From positions 4,210-68,209 of the forward strand of contig PHDB01000011.1 of assembly GCA_002842495.1 (NCBI GenBank): a stretch of 64,000 nt of DNA. The letters are read 5' to 3'. Shown piece after piece: positions 42,394 to 51,281 of the stretch (position 1 is its first letter; each line of letters opens with the position of its first letter). Made by a program: the position numbers and the translations under genes. Under the pieces are notes generated by a model, which ran no database searches, was not told the DNA's origin, and worked only from the letters and a program-made list of their open reading frames with translations. The DNA is from Bacteroidetes bacterium HGW-Bacteroidetes-6 (GTDB taxonomy: Bacteria > Bacteroidota > Bacteroidia > Bacteroidales > DTU049).

Positions 42394-43890
42394 ATGAATA
42401 AACGATTGCTAATTGTAAACCGCGGCGAAATAGCCATCCGCATTATGCGTACCGCAAAGATGATGGGGATAACTACAGTGGTTCTTCAGAGCGGGCGCGA
42501 GCCGGATGCGTTGTATCTGCAACAGGCCGATCAAATTATTTCGGTAAATGATTCGGCCGATGAAAAAACCGTTTTTCTGAATCCGGAAAAGGTGATTGCA
42601 CTTGCATTGGAGAATCAAATCGACATGATTCATCCCGGGTATGGATTTTTGTCCGAAAATCCTGATTTTGCCGATTTGTGTATGCAAAATGGACTCAATT
42701 TTATCGGTCCATCACCCGAATTGATTCGCAGTATGGGGTTGAAAACAGTTGCCAAAGAAATGGCTCTGAAAGCAGGAATGCCATTGGTACCCGGAAGCAA
42801 TGGCGCTGTTTCATCGGCTGAAGAAGCTGTGCAGTTGGCCGAAACCATTGGCTATCCGGTTTTGCTAAAGGCATCGGCTGGTGGTGGTGGGCGTGGTATG
42901 CGTGTGGTCGAAAAACCCGAAACCATGGAGCGCAACTTCAAATCGGCTGCCGACGAAGCTATATCAGCTTTTGGGAATGGAGACTTATTTGTTGAAAAGT
43001 ATATTGTTAATCCCAAGCATATTGAATTTCAGATATTGGGCGATAAACATGGTCATGTGGTGCATTTGGGCGAGCGCGAATGTTCATTGCAGCGAAAGCA
43101 CCAGAAAATGATTGAAGAGGCTCCATCACCGAGTCTCAGTGACGAGAAACGTCGCGAAATGGGCGAAATGGCTGTTCGCTTTTCAGAAACCATAGGGTAT
43201 TATTCTGCCGGAACCATTGAATTTATCATGGACGAAGATGGTTCGTACTATTTTATGGAAATGAATACACGTATACAAGTGGAACACCCTGTTACCGAGA
43301 TGGTTACCGATATTGATCTGATTGAGTGGCAAATAAAAATTGCATTAGGAGAGCCTTTAACCTTGCAGCAATCCGATATTCAATTGCAGGGATGGGCTAT
43401 AGAATGCCGTGTGAACACCGAAGATGCTCAAAATCGTTTTGCTCCTGAAACCGGCTTCATTGAGAACGTTCGTTTTCCTGAAGGGCCTGGAATTAGAGTC
43501 GAAACAGGTATTGCCAATGGGTCGGTGATTACACCTTATTTTGATTCGATGGCCGCCAAATTGGTTGTACTCGATAGCAATCGCGATAAGGCAATCGGAA
43601 AAATGATCAGAGCTCTTGATGCAGTTCGGATGACAGGTTTAAAAACAACCATTCCGTTCTGTAAAGTGGTTTTGCAACACCCCGATTTTACCTCGGGAAT
43701 TTATACAACCCGTTGGGTAGATGACAATTATTCGCCAGATATGTTTTACAACGAAGACGATGAAATGTTGGGAGCGTTGGCCGCTTCTATTGCTTATGCT
43801 ATGGAATACAACGAAATTGCTTCCAATTCGCCGGGCTTTACTAACGAATCGATGAGTATGTGGGTTTTGAATAAACGAATCAATAAATAA
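42394..43890 (+). CDS. accC: Biotin carboxylase subunit (ATP-grasp)
   Basis: It has RLLIVNRGEIAIRI, YPVLLKASAGGGGRGMR, ECSLQRKHQK, IEFIMDEDGSYYFMEMNTRIQVEHPVTE and no fused BCCP domain. Confidence 0.9.
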   Translation: MNKRLLIVNRGEIAIRIMRTAKMMGITTVVLQSGREPDALYLQQADQIISVNDSADEKTVFLNPEKVIALALENQIDMIHPGYGFLSENPDFADLCMQNGLNFIGPSPELIRSMGLKTVAKEMALKAGMPLVPGSNGAVSSAEEAVQLAETIGYPVLLKASAGGGGRGMRVVEKPETMERNFKSAADEAISAFGNGDLFVEKYIVNPKHIEFQILGDKHGHVVHLGERECSLQRKHQKMIEEAPSPSLSDEKRREMGEMAVRFSETIGYYSAGTIEFIMDEDGSYYFMEMNTRIQVEHPVTEMVTDIDLIEWQIKIALGEPLTLQQSDIQLQGWAIECRVNTEDAQNRFAPETGFIENVRFPEGPGIRVETGIANGSVITPYFDSMAAKLVVLDSNRDKAIGKMIRALDAVRMTGLKTTIPFCKVVLQHPDFTSGIYTTRWVDDNYSPDMFYNEDDEMLGALAASIAYAMEYNEIASNSPGFTNESMSMWVLNKRINK

Positions 43891-43893
43891 GAT

Positions 43894-44442
43894 ATGGCTA
43901 CAAATTATGTATATCGGCGCGACGCTTCACGATTGTTTATTGCTGTTCGCGATAATGGAAAACGTTTCAAGATTTATTTACCGGTGCAGTCGGAACCTAT
44001 AATCAACGGTAATGAATTGCCCATACAGATTGTGGATAATTCTGAATTCAATTATTGTTTTTCGTGGAAAGGCAAACGTACACACTGCGTAATGAATGGC
44101 CAGGATCAGAACAAATACAGTGTTCTTGTAAATGGTGTTGAATATAAATACAGTATTGAATCAATTGCGTCCTATTTGCGCCAGCGTTTGCTCAATAAGA
44201 GTGAAAAGGCTACTGCCGACAGTAATATTGTAGCTCCTATGCCCGGCAAAATCATTGATATTTTTGTTGCCGAAGGTGATCTGGTGAATGCAGGTGAGCC
44301 ATTGCTAAGCCTAGAGGCAATGAAAATGCAAAACGAGATTTTGGCTCCATTCAATGGCTTGGTTCGCAAAATTAGTGTTCAGCAAGGGCAATCGGTTATG
44401 AAAGATGAACTGATGTTCGAAGTTATTTCGATTGATGAATAA
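43894..44442 (+). CDS. Biotin carboxyl carrier protein with a ~100-aa N-terminal extension
   Basis: The C-terminal biotinyl domain carries the EAMKMQNEI biotinylation motif. It is the third gene of the carboxylase operon, with gaps of 9 and 3 bp. Confidence 0.8.
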   Translation: MATNYVYRRDASRLFIAVRDNGKRFKIYLPVQSEPIINGNELPIQIVDNSEFNYCFSWKGKRTHCVMNGQDQNKYSVLVNGVEYKYSIESIASYLRQRLLNKSEKATADSNIVAPMPGKIIDIFVAEGDLVNAGEPLLSLEAMKMQNEILAPFNGLVRKISVQQGQSVMKDELMFEVISIDE

Positions 44443-44556
44443 TCAGATTGAAAAAAATGTCGTTTTCTATCAGCGATTGAGCGTATCAGGCATGATTTTC
44501 CACGGGAAAATGGAAAATTTTGCGTGGATAACAATAGTCCACTGATTTCTGTTTTT

Positions 44557-45855
44557 TTATTCAAGGGTTACACCCAACCATTCTCTCAAGCGATTGTAAA
44601 CCTGATTTCGTAAATCGTCGGGCAATCCTGCAATGCGCACATTGTGGCAATCCCCGGGAGCCACTATTTTCAGTGCATTGGTTTCTTGGCCTGGTTCGGC
44701 GGCTGCAGCACTCCAGGGATCGTCGGCACCATAAATATAAATAATGTTGTTGCCTTTGTGTTTGATGAAATCGCGAACAAAAATTAAAGCATCCGGGTTG
44801 TATGTGACGGGTGTTGCTTTTGGAACCAGCACTTTATTACTGATAAATGCCGATTTCATTATCAGTAAGTCTCCCAGTCCGATAGAGTCGTAACCATAAT
44901 ATCCTACTTCGGCATACGCTTGTGTATAGAATGCACCTGTGCCGCCAGCATCAAGAGCACTGTAAGCATCGGCGGGAACAACACTTTTCAGATGTTTGTA
45001 AAGTACTTTTGGTGAAGCATCAGCCGAAGGAATGGCAGCCTGATTTCCGCAATACTGCCAGAAAGAAAACGGATATTCTAGAACCATATAATCCAATGCG
45101 CTGTCAGGACTCACAACCAAAGTATCTTTTGCATTAGCTATATCGATGTTGAAGTAGCGCATCACTTCGGTGCGGTTTTTCAATACAGCTCTTTGAAAAT
45201 TTAGTATTTTAGCACGAACCGAATCGGGTCCTACTTGCTTAAGAAAATCGATGGTGCGTGGATCTTCGTCCGCAATAGTGAATGGTGCTACATAGGCAAC
45301 AGTTGCATCAACATCGTTGGGGTAAAACGCGTGGTGATAAACAGCAGTGCTTCCACCTTTGCTCGAGCCTGTTGTAACCCACTTGCCTTTGTATATGGTT
45401 TTTAGCATGGTTATAATCTGATGATGGTCGGCGGCTGCTTGTTTCACATTCAAGTATTCCCAAGGACATCCTTCGGGCATGCTTTTTCCGAAAAATCGAT
45501 GTTCTATTACAATTTGATTTGCTTTCAGAAGATCGGCAAGTTCTTCAATATACCATGCGTTGTTGGCATACGATGCCAGATAACCTTCGGTTACGCAAAC
45601 TGTGGGAGCATCGAAACTGCGGTGCGAAATAAATACCCTTTGTTGAAAATATCCTTGGGTTGAGTCGTTGTGATTAACAGGAACGGTAAAATAGACGGTG
45701 TATGATTCGCTAAAACCAGTAGCAGCCGATTTTTCAAGAACTTTTACACCGGGTAAATTTTCGAGTAGAGGTCTTAAATCCTGAGCATGAACATGCGTTG
45801 TGAGCGAAATAAACAATACAAGTCCAATTAACCATTTTTTATTTGATATTTTCAT
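44557..45855 (-). CDS. Secreted alpha/beta-hydrolase serine peptidase (S28/S37-like)
   Basis: The ATG at 45855 gives the signal peptide MKISNKKWLIGLVLFISLTTHVHAQ. The nucleophile elbow is GSSKGG. The family assignment is tentative. Confidence 0.55.
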   Translation of the reverse strand: MKISNKKWLIGLVLFISLTTHVHAQDLRPLLENLPGVKVLEKSAATGFSESYTVYFTVPVNHNDSTQGYFQQRVFISHRSFDAPTVCVTEGYLASYANNAWYIEELADLLKANQIVIEHRFFGKSMPEGCPWEYLNVKQAAADHHQIITMLKTIYKGKWVTTGSSKGGSTAVYHHAFYPNDVDATVAYVAPFTIADEDPRTIDFLKQVGPDSVRAKILNFQRAVLKNRTEVMRYFNIDIANAKDTLVVSPDSALDYMVLEYPFSFWQYCGNQAAIPSADASPKVLYKHLKSVVPADAYSALDAGGTGAFYTQAYAEVGYYGYDSIGLGDLLIMKSAFISNKVLVPKATPVTYNPDALIFVRDFIKHKGNNIIYIYGADDPWSAAAAEPGQETNALKIVAPGDCHNVRIAGLPDDLRNQVYNRLREWLGVTLE

Positions 45856-46124
45856 TGGTTTTTTTTGCAATAATACGAAAAATGAAAGAAATGTTATACA
45901 ATGGGCGCTTCCTTAATTTGGTTAAAATATTCACAACCATAAACTGATTTGCAAGCTCCGTAAACTTAGCGGTTTGACTATTATCGATGAGTCGGAAGTA
46001 TCTTGTGCTCAAATTATTCACTTATGAGAGCATTTTATTCACAACTTTAATTTTTGTCTATTCATTATCGGGGCAAGTGGTGCTGCCCTTTGATTGGTTT
46101 TAGTTTATAAAGATATTGTAATAA

Positions 46125-46171
46125 CCCAGATTCGAATCGTTCATGGTCTTCGATTCGAATCTGGGCTTTTT
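46125..46171 (+). terminator. Strong orphan stem-loop with a T-run in a divergent intergenic region
   Basis: A perfect 15-bp stem CCCAGATTCGAATCG / CGATTCGAATCTGGG with an 11-nt loop is followed by CTTTTT. No annotated plus-strand gene lies upstream of it. Confidence 0.55.
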
Positions 46172-46374
46172 ACTAAATTGCATAAATATTTAACCGTTTG
46201 ATAATTGCAGCAATTTTTCATTGCATCTGCAAGACGAAAACACTAATTTTGCTAGTGAGCCTTTGTTGTAATTTGCTCTGAGTTTTGTTTTGCTTTGGAA
46301 TATTGCTTTCAAGTGGTCTAATGTAGGAAATTTGCGAGTGTTCTCGATTCAAATATCATAAGCACCTCAATAAA

Positions 46375-48870
46375 ATGAACAAACTAATTAAATCACTTTT
46401 GTCTCTTGTTGTCTGTTTAGTATTGTCAAAAGCTGCAATTGCTCAAACATTCGTACAGCCGTGTATTGCCGACACGCGTGTTGCTATTAACGACGCTTGT
46501 CCTGCATGGCAGACAACCAACTATGGAGCTTCAACTACTATTTTAGCAACAACATGGACTTGGAATGCAGTTAGTTGCGGGCAGGGCAATATGCGATCGT
46601 TGCTTCAATTTGACATTAATCCAGCTACTTCACCACAAGCATTATACGATAACAGAGCAACACTGAATTTGTATTTTCCCACCGGTTCAACCGAGACTCA
46701 ATTCTATACTGGTGCTGCAACCGATAATCAGTTTTACGTTCAGCAAGTTACCGGCAACTGGAGCGAATTGGGTGTTAATTGGAATACACAACCAACAATT
46801 ACAGCAACTGGGCAGATTACAGTTCCTTCATGTTCGCCCAATCCTTCTTCGCAAGACTATACTGTCAATGTTTCAACGTTGGTATATAATTGGATTTGCA
46901 ATGGAGCAACCAACTATGGATTTCGTTTGCAACAGGTTAACGAAGGCAATACCTATCGTCGGGTTAATTTTTGCTCCAGAGAATACGCTACAGCGTCGAA
47001 GCATCCAACATTAACATTGGAATATGCATATATAGCAGCCTCAGCTCCCGATACAATGTGTGGTGGTGGCAGCTTTAATCTGAACTGCTCACTTACAAAT
47101 GCCAGCAACCCTGCAGGATACAGTTTTCAATGGCTTCATCAGAATTCTGGTACAACTTACAACACTCAAAATGTAAGCAATCCAAACACAACATCGGGTT
47201 TGAATACATACATAGTAACAGTTACAAATCCCTGGTGCCAGACTGCCAGAGACACTGTGACAGTTTTTATCGATAATAGTGCTGCTATTTCAGTTTCGCC
47301 TTCATCTGCCAATATTTGTCAGGGAGGTTCCACAACACTTGTTGCAAGTGGAGCCAGCACTTATAGCTGGGATAATAGTTTGGGCAGTGGAGCATATCAA
47401 ACAGTGAGTCCTTCGTCGAATACAACATATACTGTTACTGGCACCACTGCCGCTGGTTGCACTTCTTCAGCTTCGGTTACTGTAAGCTTGTTGGCAGCGC
47501 CTACTATTTCTGTTTTAGCATCTCCAACAGCGGTTTGCCCGGGAAATAGTTCAACATTAACTAGCTCGGGTGGAAGTACATATGCATGGAGCACAGGTGG
47601 TACTGGAACAACTACAATCGTTAATCCTACTGCATCAACTGCTTATACAGTCACAGGCACTTCGGTAGCAGGCTGCACTGCGACGGCATCGGTTAACGTG
47701 ACCGTGTTAGCAGGGCCAGTTGTTGTAGCCATAGGCGATACTATCTGCATAGGTGCCAGTGCCAATTTGCTTGCAACTGGAGCTACAAACTATGCATGGG
47801 ATAATAGTATGACCGGAAGTAGCATTTCGGTTTCACCAACATCTACTACCACGTACACCGTTTCGGGAACCGACGGTAGCGGTTGCACTGGACTGGCAAC
47901 AGCTACAGTGCTCGTGAATCCATTGCCCACTGTTTCAGTAAATCAACCTTCCATTTGTATTGGAACAACCGCTAGTCTCACAGCCAGCGGCGCCAGTTCG
48001 TATGTATGGAGTACAAGCGATTTCACTGCAAGCATTCAGGTGACTCCATTGGCAACCACAAGCTACGATGTTACCGGAACCGATGCCAATGGTTGTGTGA
48101 ATTCAGCTTTGGCAGTTGTTACAGTGAATCCGCTCCCTTCTATATTCTTTATTTCAACATCCGACTATTGCGAATCTGGTAACGGAACAGCCACAGCTTC
48201 TGGATCGATTGGACTGGCTCCATACAGCTATTTATGGAACACTAGCGAAACAACGCCTACTATTTCGGGGCTTTCAGTAGGACAATACACCGTTACCATT
48301 ACCGATGCCAATGGATGTACAGCTGATAGTTCAGTGACAATTGTTCCGGAAGAAGGTTTTACACTAACAGCGCTTTCAACAGATGAAAATTGTAATCAAA
48401 TGGATGGTACTGCGGAAATTGTCCCGGCAAATGCATCATATCCACTTGTTTATTCGTGGTCGCACAATCCGGCTCTCAATTCGGCAAATGCAATAGGTCT
48501 TGGCGCTGGAGTTTATACTGTAACTGCTACCGATGGGCAGTGTACTAGAACGGTTGATGTAGAAGTAGGCTTTTTTAGTGTTCCAGATACAGGATTTATA
48601 GTTCCGAATATTGTTACACCCAATGGTGATGGATTCAACGATCAATTGTGCTTCGGCACTCTTCTGTCCGGTCAATTTAATATCATTGTTTACAATCGAT
48701 GGGGGAAAATGCTTTACGAATCTGATAATTTCAATGAATGTTGGGATTTGTATTTTGAAGGCAAGCCTCTTGATGACGGAACATATTTCTATGTTGCGCG
48801 CTTTCGTTCGGTATGTTCCGAAGAAACAAAGGAAGTGAATGGCATAATCACTGTTATTGCTGGGAACTAA
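46375..48870 (+). CDS. T9SS type B cargo: DNRLRE-like N-terminal domain, about six Ig-like repeats, two SprB-type repeats and a gliding-motility C-terminal (CHU_C) domain
   Basis: It has a signal peptide. The N-terminal domain contains TNYGASTT..MRSLLQFDI..NWNTQP. Repeats of the form VSPS..ICxGxSxxLxASGAxxYxW...YTVTGTxxxGC recur. The SprB repeats are GNGTATAS..YSYLW.. and MDGTAEIV..YSW... The C-terminus reads VPNIVTPNGDGFNDQLCF..YNRWGKMLYE..DGTYFYV. Confidence 0.85.
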   Translation: MNKLIKSLLSLVVCLVLSKAAIAQTFVQPCIADTRVAINDACPAWQTTNYGASTTILATTWTWNAVSCGQGNMRSLLQFDINPATSPQALYDNRATLNLYFPTGSTETQFYTGAATDNQFYVQQVTGNWSELGVNWNTQPTITATGQITVPSCSPNPSSQDYTVNVSTLVYNWICNGATNYGFRLQQVNEGNTYRRVNFCSREYATASKHPTLTLEYAYIAASAPDTMCGGGSFNLNCSLTNASNPAGYSFQWLHQNSGTTYNTQNVSNPNTTSGLNTYIVTVTNPWCQTARDTVTVFIDNSAAISVSPSSANICQGGSTTLVASGASTYSWDNSLGSGAYQTVSPSSNTTYTVTGTTAAGCTSSASVTVSLLAAPTISVLASPTAVCPGNSSTLTSSGGSTYAWSTGGTGTTTIVNPTASTAYTVTGTSVAGCTATASVNVTVLAGPVVVAIGDTICIGASANLLATGATNYAWDNSMTGSSISVSPTSTTTYTVSGTDGSGCTGLATATVLVNPLPTVSVNQPSICIGTTASLTASGASSYVWSTSDFTASIQVTPLATTSYDVTGTDANGCVNSALAVVTVNPLPSIFFISTSDYCESGNGTATASGSIGLAPYSYLWNTSETTPTISGLSVGQYTVTITDANGCTADSSVTIVPEEGFTLTALSTDENCNQMDGTAEIVPANASYPLVYSWSHNPALNSANAIGLGAGVYTVTATDGQCTRTVDVEVGFFSVPDTGFIVPNIVTPNGDGFNDQLCFGTLLSGQFNIIVYNRWGKMLYESDNFNECWDLYFEGKPLDDGTYFYVARFRSVCSEETKEVNGIITVIAGN

Positions 48871-48907
48871 GTGTTTTCCAAACAATCGTAAGTTATGGTA
48901 AAAGAAA

Positions 48908-48940
48908 AGCCCGGTGAGGAATTTGCACCGGACTTTTTTG
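48908..48940. terminator. Bidirectional terminator between convergent genes
   Basis: The hairpin CCGGTG-N9-CACCGG has an A-rich 5' flank and a T-run 3' flank. It lies between the stops at 48870 (+) and 48947 (-). Confidence 0.5.
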
Positions 48941-48946
48941 TTTTTA

Positions 48947-49555
48947 TCAAAGATTGACTAGAATGCTAAATCCAAAAACTTTGAATCTGTTCTCGTCTAG
49001 CCCAAGTTTGTACATGAAACGAATGGTGTAACTCATGTCATTTCCTTTAATGCTTAGTGGAAAACGGATTCCAGCATGAAATGCCGGGCCGGCTGTTGAT
49101 GCGGTCTCAGATACATTTCCATACCAGCTTTCGTATGAATATGAGCTAAGTGTGTAGCCAAATCCAGCACCAATAAAACCACCAAAACCGTCTTTGTTTC
49201 GTTCGGCACTGCCATGCCCAAAACTGTAATCGAACATTACAGGCAAGTCGAGGCCAAACGAAAAACTGCTGCCTGACGACGAGCTGAACGATCCGGAAAA
49301 GCCAAGAGCGATGGGGGCTCCAATTGAAAAGTTGTTGTCGCGTGAATCGGAAAGATTGATCCGTGGATAATAAACACCGCTGTTGAATGACAAAGTTGGA
49401 CGATAAATTAAACTCATTCCTGTAGTGTCATCAGTTGAAATTTTCCCAACACCATAGTAAAATCCATAACCCGCACTATGCATGAATCCTTTTTGCGAAA
49501 ACGCACTCATGGATATCAATAATATTGTTGCCATGAGTAAAATTGTCTTTTTCAT
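48947..49555 (-). CDS. Small outer-membrane beta-barrel protein (hypothetical)
   Basis: It has the signal peptide MKKTILLMATILLISMSAFSQ and Gly/Ser/aromatic-rich alternating strands. No specific family was recognised. Confidence 0.45.
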   Translation of the reverse strand: MKKTILLMATILLISMSAFSQKGFMHSAGYGFYYGVGKISTDDTTGMSLIYRPTLSFNSGVYYPRINLSDSRDNNFSIGAPIALGFSGSFSSSSGSSFSFGLDLPVMFDYSFGHGSAERNKDGFGGFIGAGFGYTLSSYSYESWYGNVSETASTAGPAFHAGIRFPLSIKGNDMSYTIRFMYKLGLDENRFKVFGFSILVNL

Positions 49556-49693
49556 AATTTTTGTTGTTAGTTGGTATTATTTGTAAAAAGATTGCAAATG
49601 TAATTATATTTTATATGTAAATAATTAACAAAATCAAACAGTGTTAATATTAACGGTTGTTTGCGGGTTTGATTTATTGTATTTGAAAAATTG

Positions 49694-49701
49694 TATGTTT
49701 G
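49694..49701 (+). promoter_or_regulatory. -7 promoter box TATGTTTG
   Basis: It matches TAnnTTTG and ends 24 bp upstream of the thiS-like ATG at 49725. Confidence 0.35.
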
Positions 49702-49724
49702 TAGCTTGAATAGTATGTATTGTT

Positions 49725-49931
49725 ATGAAAATAGAACTGAATAATAATCCTGAGACCATTGAAGGTTGCAATAATATGACCATTCAGGAGCTCATCGAAT
49801 ACAAGAAGTATTCTTTTAAGTTGTTGGTTGTGAAAATTAATGGGGTTTTAATTCCCAAAACAGATTACAGCAAAGCCTCGGTCAAAGAAGGTGATGAAGT
49901 GATGATCCTGCACCTGATGAGTGGAGGGTGA
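49725..49931 (+). CDS. thiS: ThiS/MoaD-type ubiquitin-like sulfur carrier protein
   Basis: The 68-aa ORF ends in the diagnostic C-terminal Gly-Gly (HLMSGG). The INGVLIPKTDYSKASVKEGDEVMIL pattern resembles ThiS. Confidence 0.65.
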   Translation: MKIELNNNPETIEGCNNMTIQELIEYKKYSFKLLVVKINGVLIPKTDYSKASVKEGDEVMILHLMSGG

Positions 49932-49960
49932 TTGCGGTAGAGACTAGGCATGAATTGTCG

Positions 49961-50650
49961 CTAAGATTTTCTCACAACATACATCCAGGCAATTCCACCA
50001 CTCAGCTTGCGGGTTTTTACGATGCTGAAACCGGTCATCGACAAAATGGCTTCCATTTCTTTTCCATAAGGAAATTGGTTCACCGTCCGATTCAGATAAG
50101 TGTATGCGCTTTGATGCTGCGAGAGTCGTTTCCCGCGAAGTGGCAAGATGCGGTTGAAATAAAACCGATACAAATTGCTCCAGAAAAATCCTTGAGGCAT
50201 GCCAAATTCTAGAATGGCTGCATGTCCTCCGTTATTTAGAATGCGTTTTATTTCAGCCAGACCTTTTTCGAGCGAAGCAAAATTGCGGATTCCAAACGAG
50301 CAGGTTGCCAAATCGAAACTATCGCTTTCGAATGGCAACTTTTCGGCATAACAAACCGATGTTTCGGCTTCGATATGTAGTTTTTTGAATTTGATGGTCG
50401 CAATTTCAAGCATTTTTGCTGCCGGATCGGCTGCAACCAATTGTTGTGGTTTTAGCTTTGCCAACTCAATGGCTAAATCGCCTGTGCCCGAAGAAATGTC
50501 AATGATTTTGTCGTGTGGCAACCGAGATACAGCTTTTCTCAATTTGCGTCTCCAGCCAACATCGGTTCGAAACGATAAACGCCGGTTGATTTTGTCGTAA
50601 ACCGGAGCAATGTCGTCGAACATCTCTACCACATTGTTTTTGTTGCTCAT
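49961..50650 (-). CDS. ubiE: Demethylmenaquinone / ubiquinone C-methyltransferase
   Basis: It has FDDIAPVYDKINRRLSFRTDVGWRRK (the UbiE/MenG signature), the SAM motif DISSGTGDLA, and C-terminal YLNRTVNQFP. Confidence 0.9.
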   Translation of the reverse strand: MSNKNNVVEMFDDIAPVYDKINRRLSFRTDVGWRRKLRKAVSRLPHDKIIDISSGTGDLAIELAKLKPQQLVAADPAAKMLEIATIKFKKLHIEAETSVCYAEKLPFESDSFDLATCSFGIRNFASLEKGLAEIKRILNNGGHAAILEFGMPQGFFWSNLYRFYFNRILPLRGKRLSQHQSAYTYLNRTVNQFPYGKEMEAILSMTGFSIVKTRKLSGGIAWMYVVRKS

Positions 50651-51279
50651 GGTGCCAAACGATTAATTGTCCAGCTTTTGCCGGTTTTTGAAAATAATAT
50701 TCTGTCGTGAAGCCGGTTTGGTCGTCCTTGCCAAAATTCTATCGATTCAGGTTGAAGAAAATAACCACCCCACTCCTCGGGGCGAGAAGGTTCGGTTTTG
50801 CTCTTTTTTATTGCTTCCCATTGCTGTTCGAGCCATTTGCGCGATGGAATAGGTTTGCTTTGCGGCGAAACAACAGCACTAATACGACTTTCGAGTGGTC
50901 GCGATTTAAAATAATTTTCCGAAGCTTCGGTGCCAAGCTTTGCTATAGAGCCTTCGATTCGCACTTGCCGGAACAGTTCAGGCCAGTAAAAAAGTAGTGC
51001 TGCATTAGGATTTTCGGCCAGTTGCAGACCTTTGTTACTGTTGTAATGGGTGAAAAATACAAAAGTATCTTCTTCAACTCCTTTAAGCAGTACAATTCGC
51101 GAATGTGGTTTTGCATCGATTCCTGCTGTTGCCACATTCATGGCGTTGGGCTCCATGCAGTCACTATTAATGGCTTCGGTAAGCCATTGTTCGAAAAATT
51201 CAATGGGATTTTCGAATCCGTGATTATCTAAAATAGGTTTTCCCGAATATTCGCGGCGTAGTTTCTGTAAATTGTCCAT
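50647..51279 (-). CDS. pdxH: Pyridoxamine 5'-phosphate oxidase
   Basis: It has RIVLLKG..F.FFTHYNS.KG, FYWPELFRQVRIEG and the C-terminal IEFWQGRPNRLHDR motif. It overlaps ubiE by 4 bp. Confidence 0.9.
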   Translation of the reverse strand: MDNLQKLRREYSGKPILDNHGFENPIEFFEQWLTEAINSDCMEPNAMNVATAGIDAKPHSRIVLLKGVEEDTFVFFTHYNSNKGLQLAENPNAALLFYWPELFRQVRIEGSIAKLGTEASENYFKSRPLESRISAVVSPQSKPIPSRKWLEQQWEAIKKSKTEPSRPEEWGGYFLQPESIEFWQGRPNRLHDRILFSKTGKSWTINRLAP

Positions 51280-51281
51280 TA

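Noticed and set aside
46125-46165. A possible tRNA or tRNA fragment, because the hairpin arms contain TTCGAAT, the T-loop consensus
   Set aside because: No flanking 5-bp T-stem, acceptor stem, anticodon arm or D-arm can be drawn. The element is a simple 15-bp perfect hairpin.
49556-49724. A TPP riboswitch upstream of the thiS-like gene
   Set aside because: I found no CTGAGA / ACCTGATCTGGATAATGCCAGCG-type conserved segments or GC-rich pairing elements. The region is plain AT-rich DNA with a -7 box.
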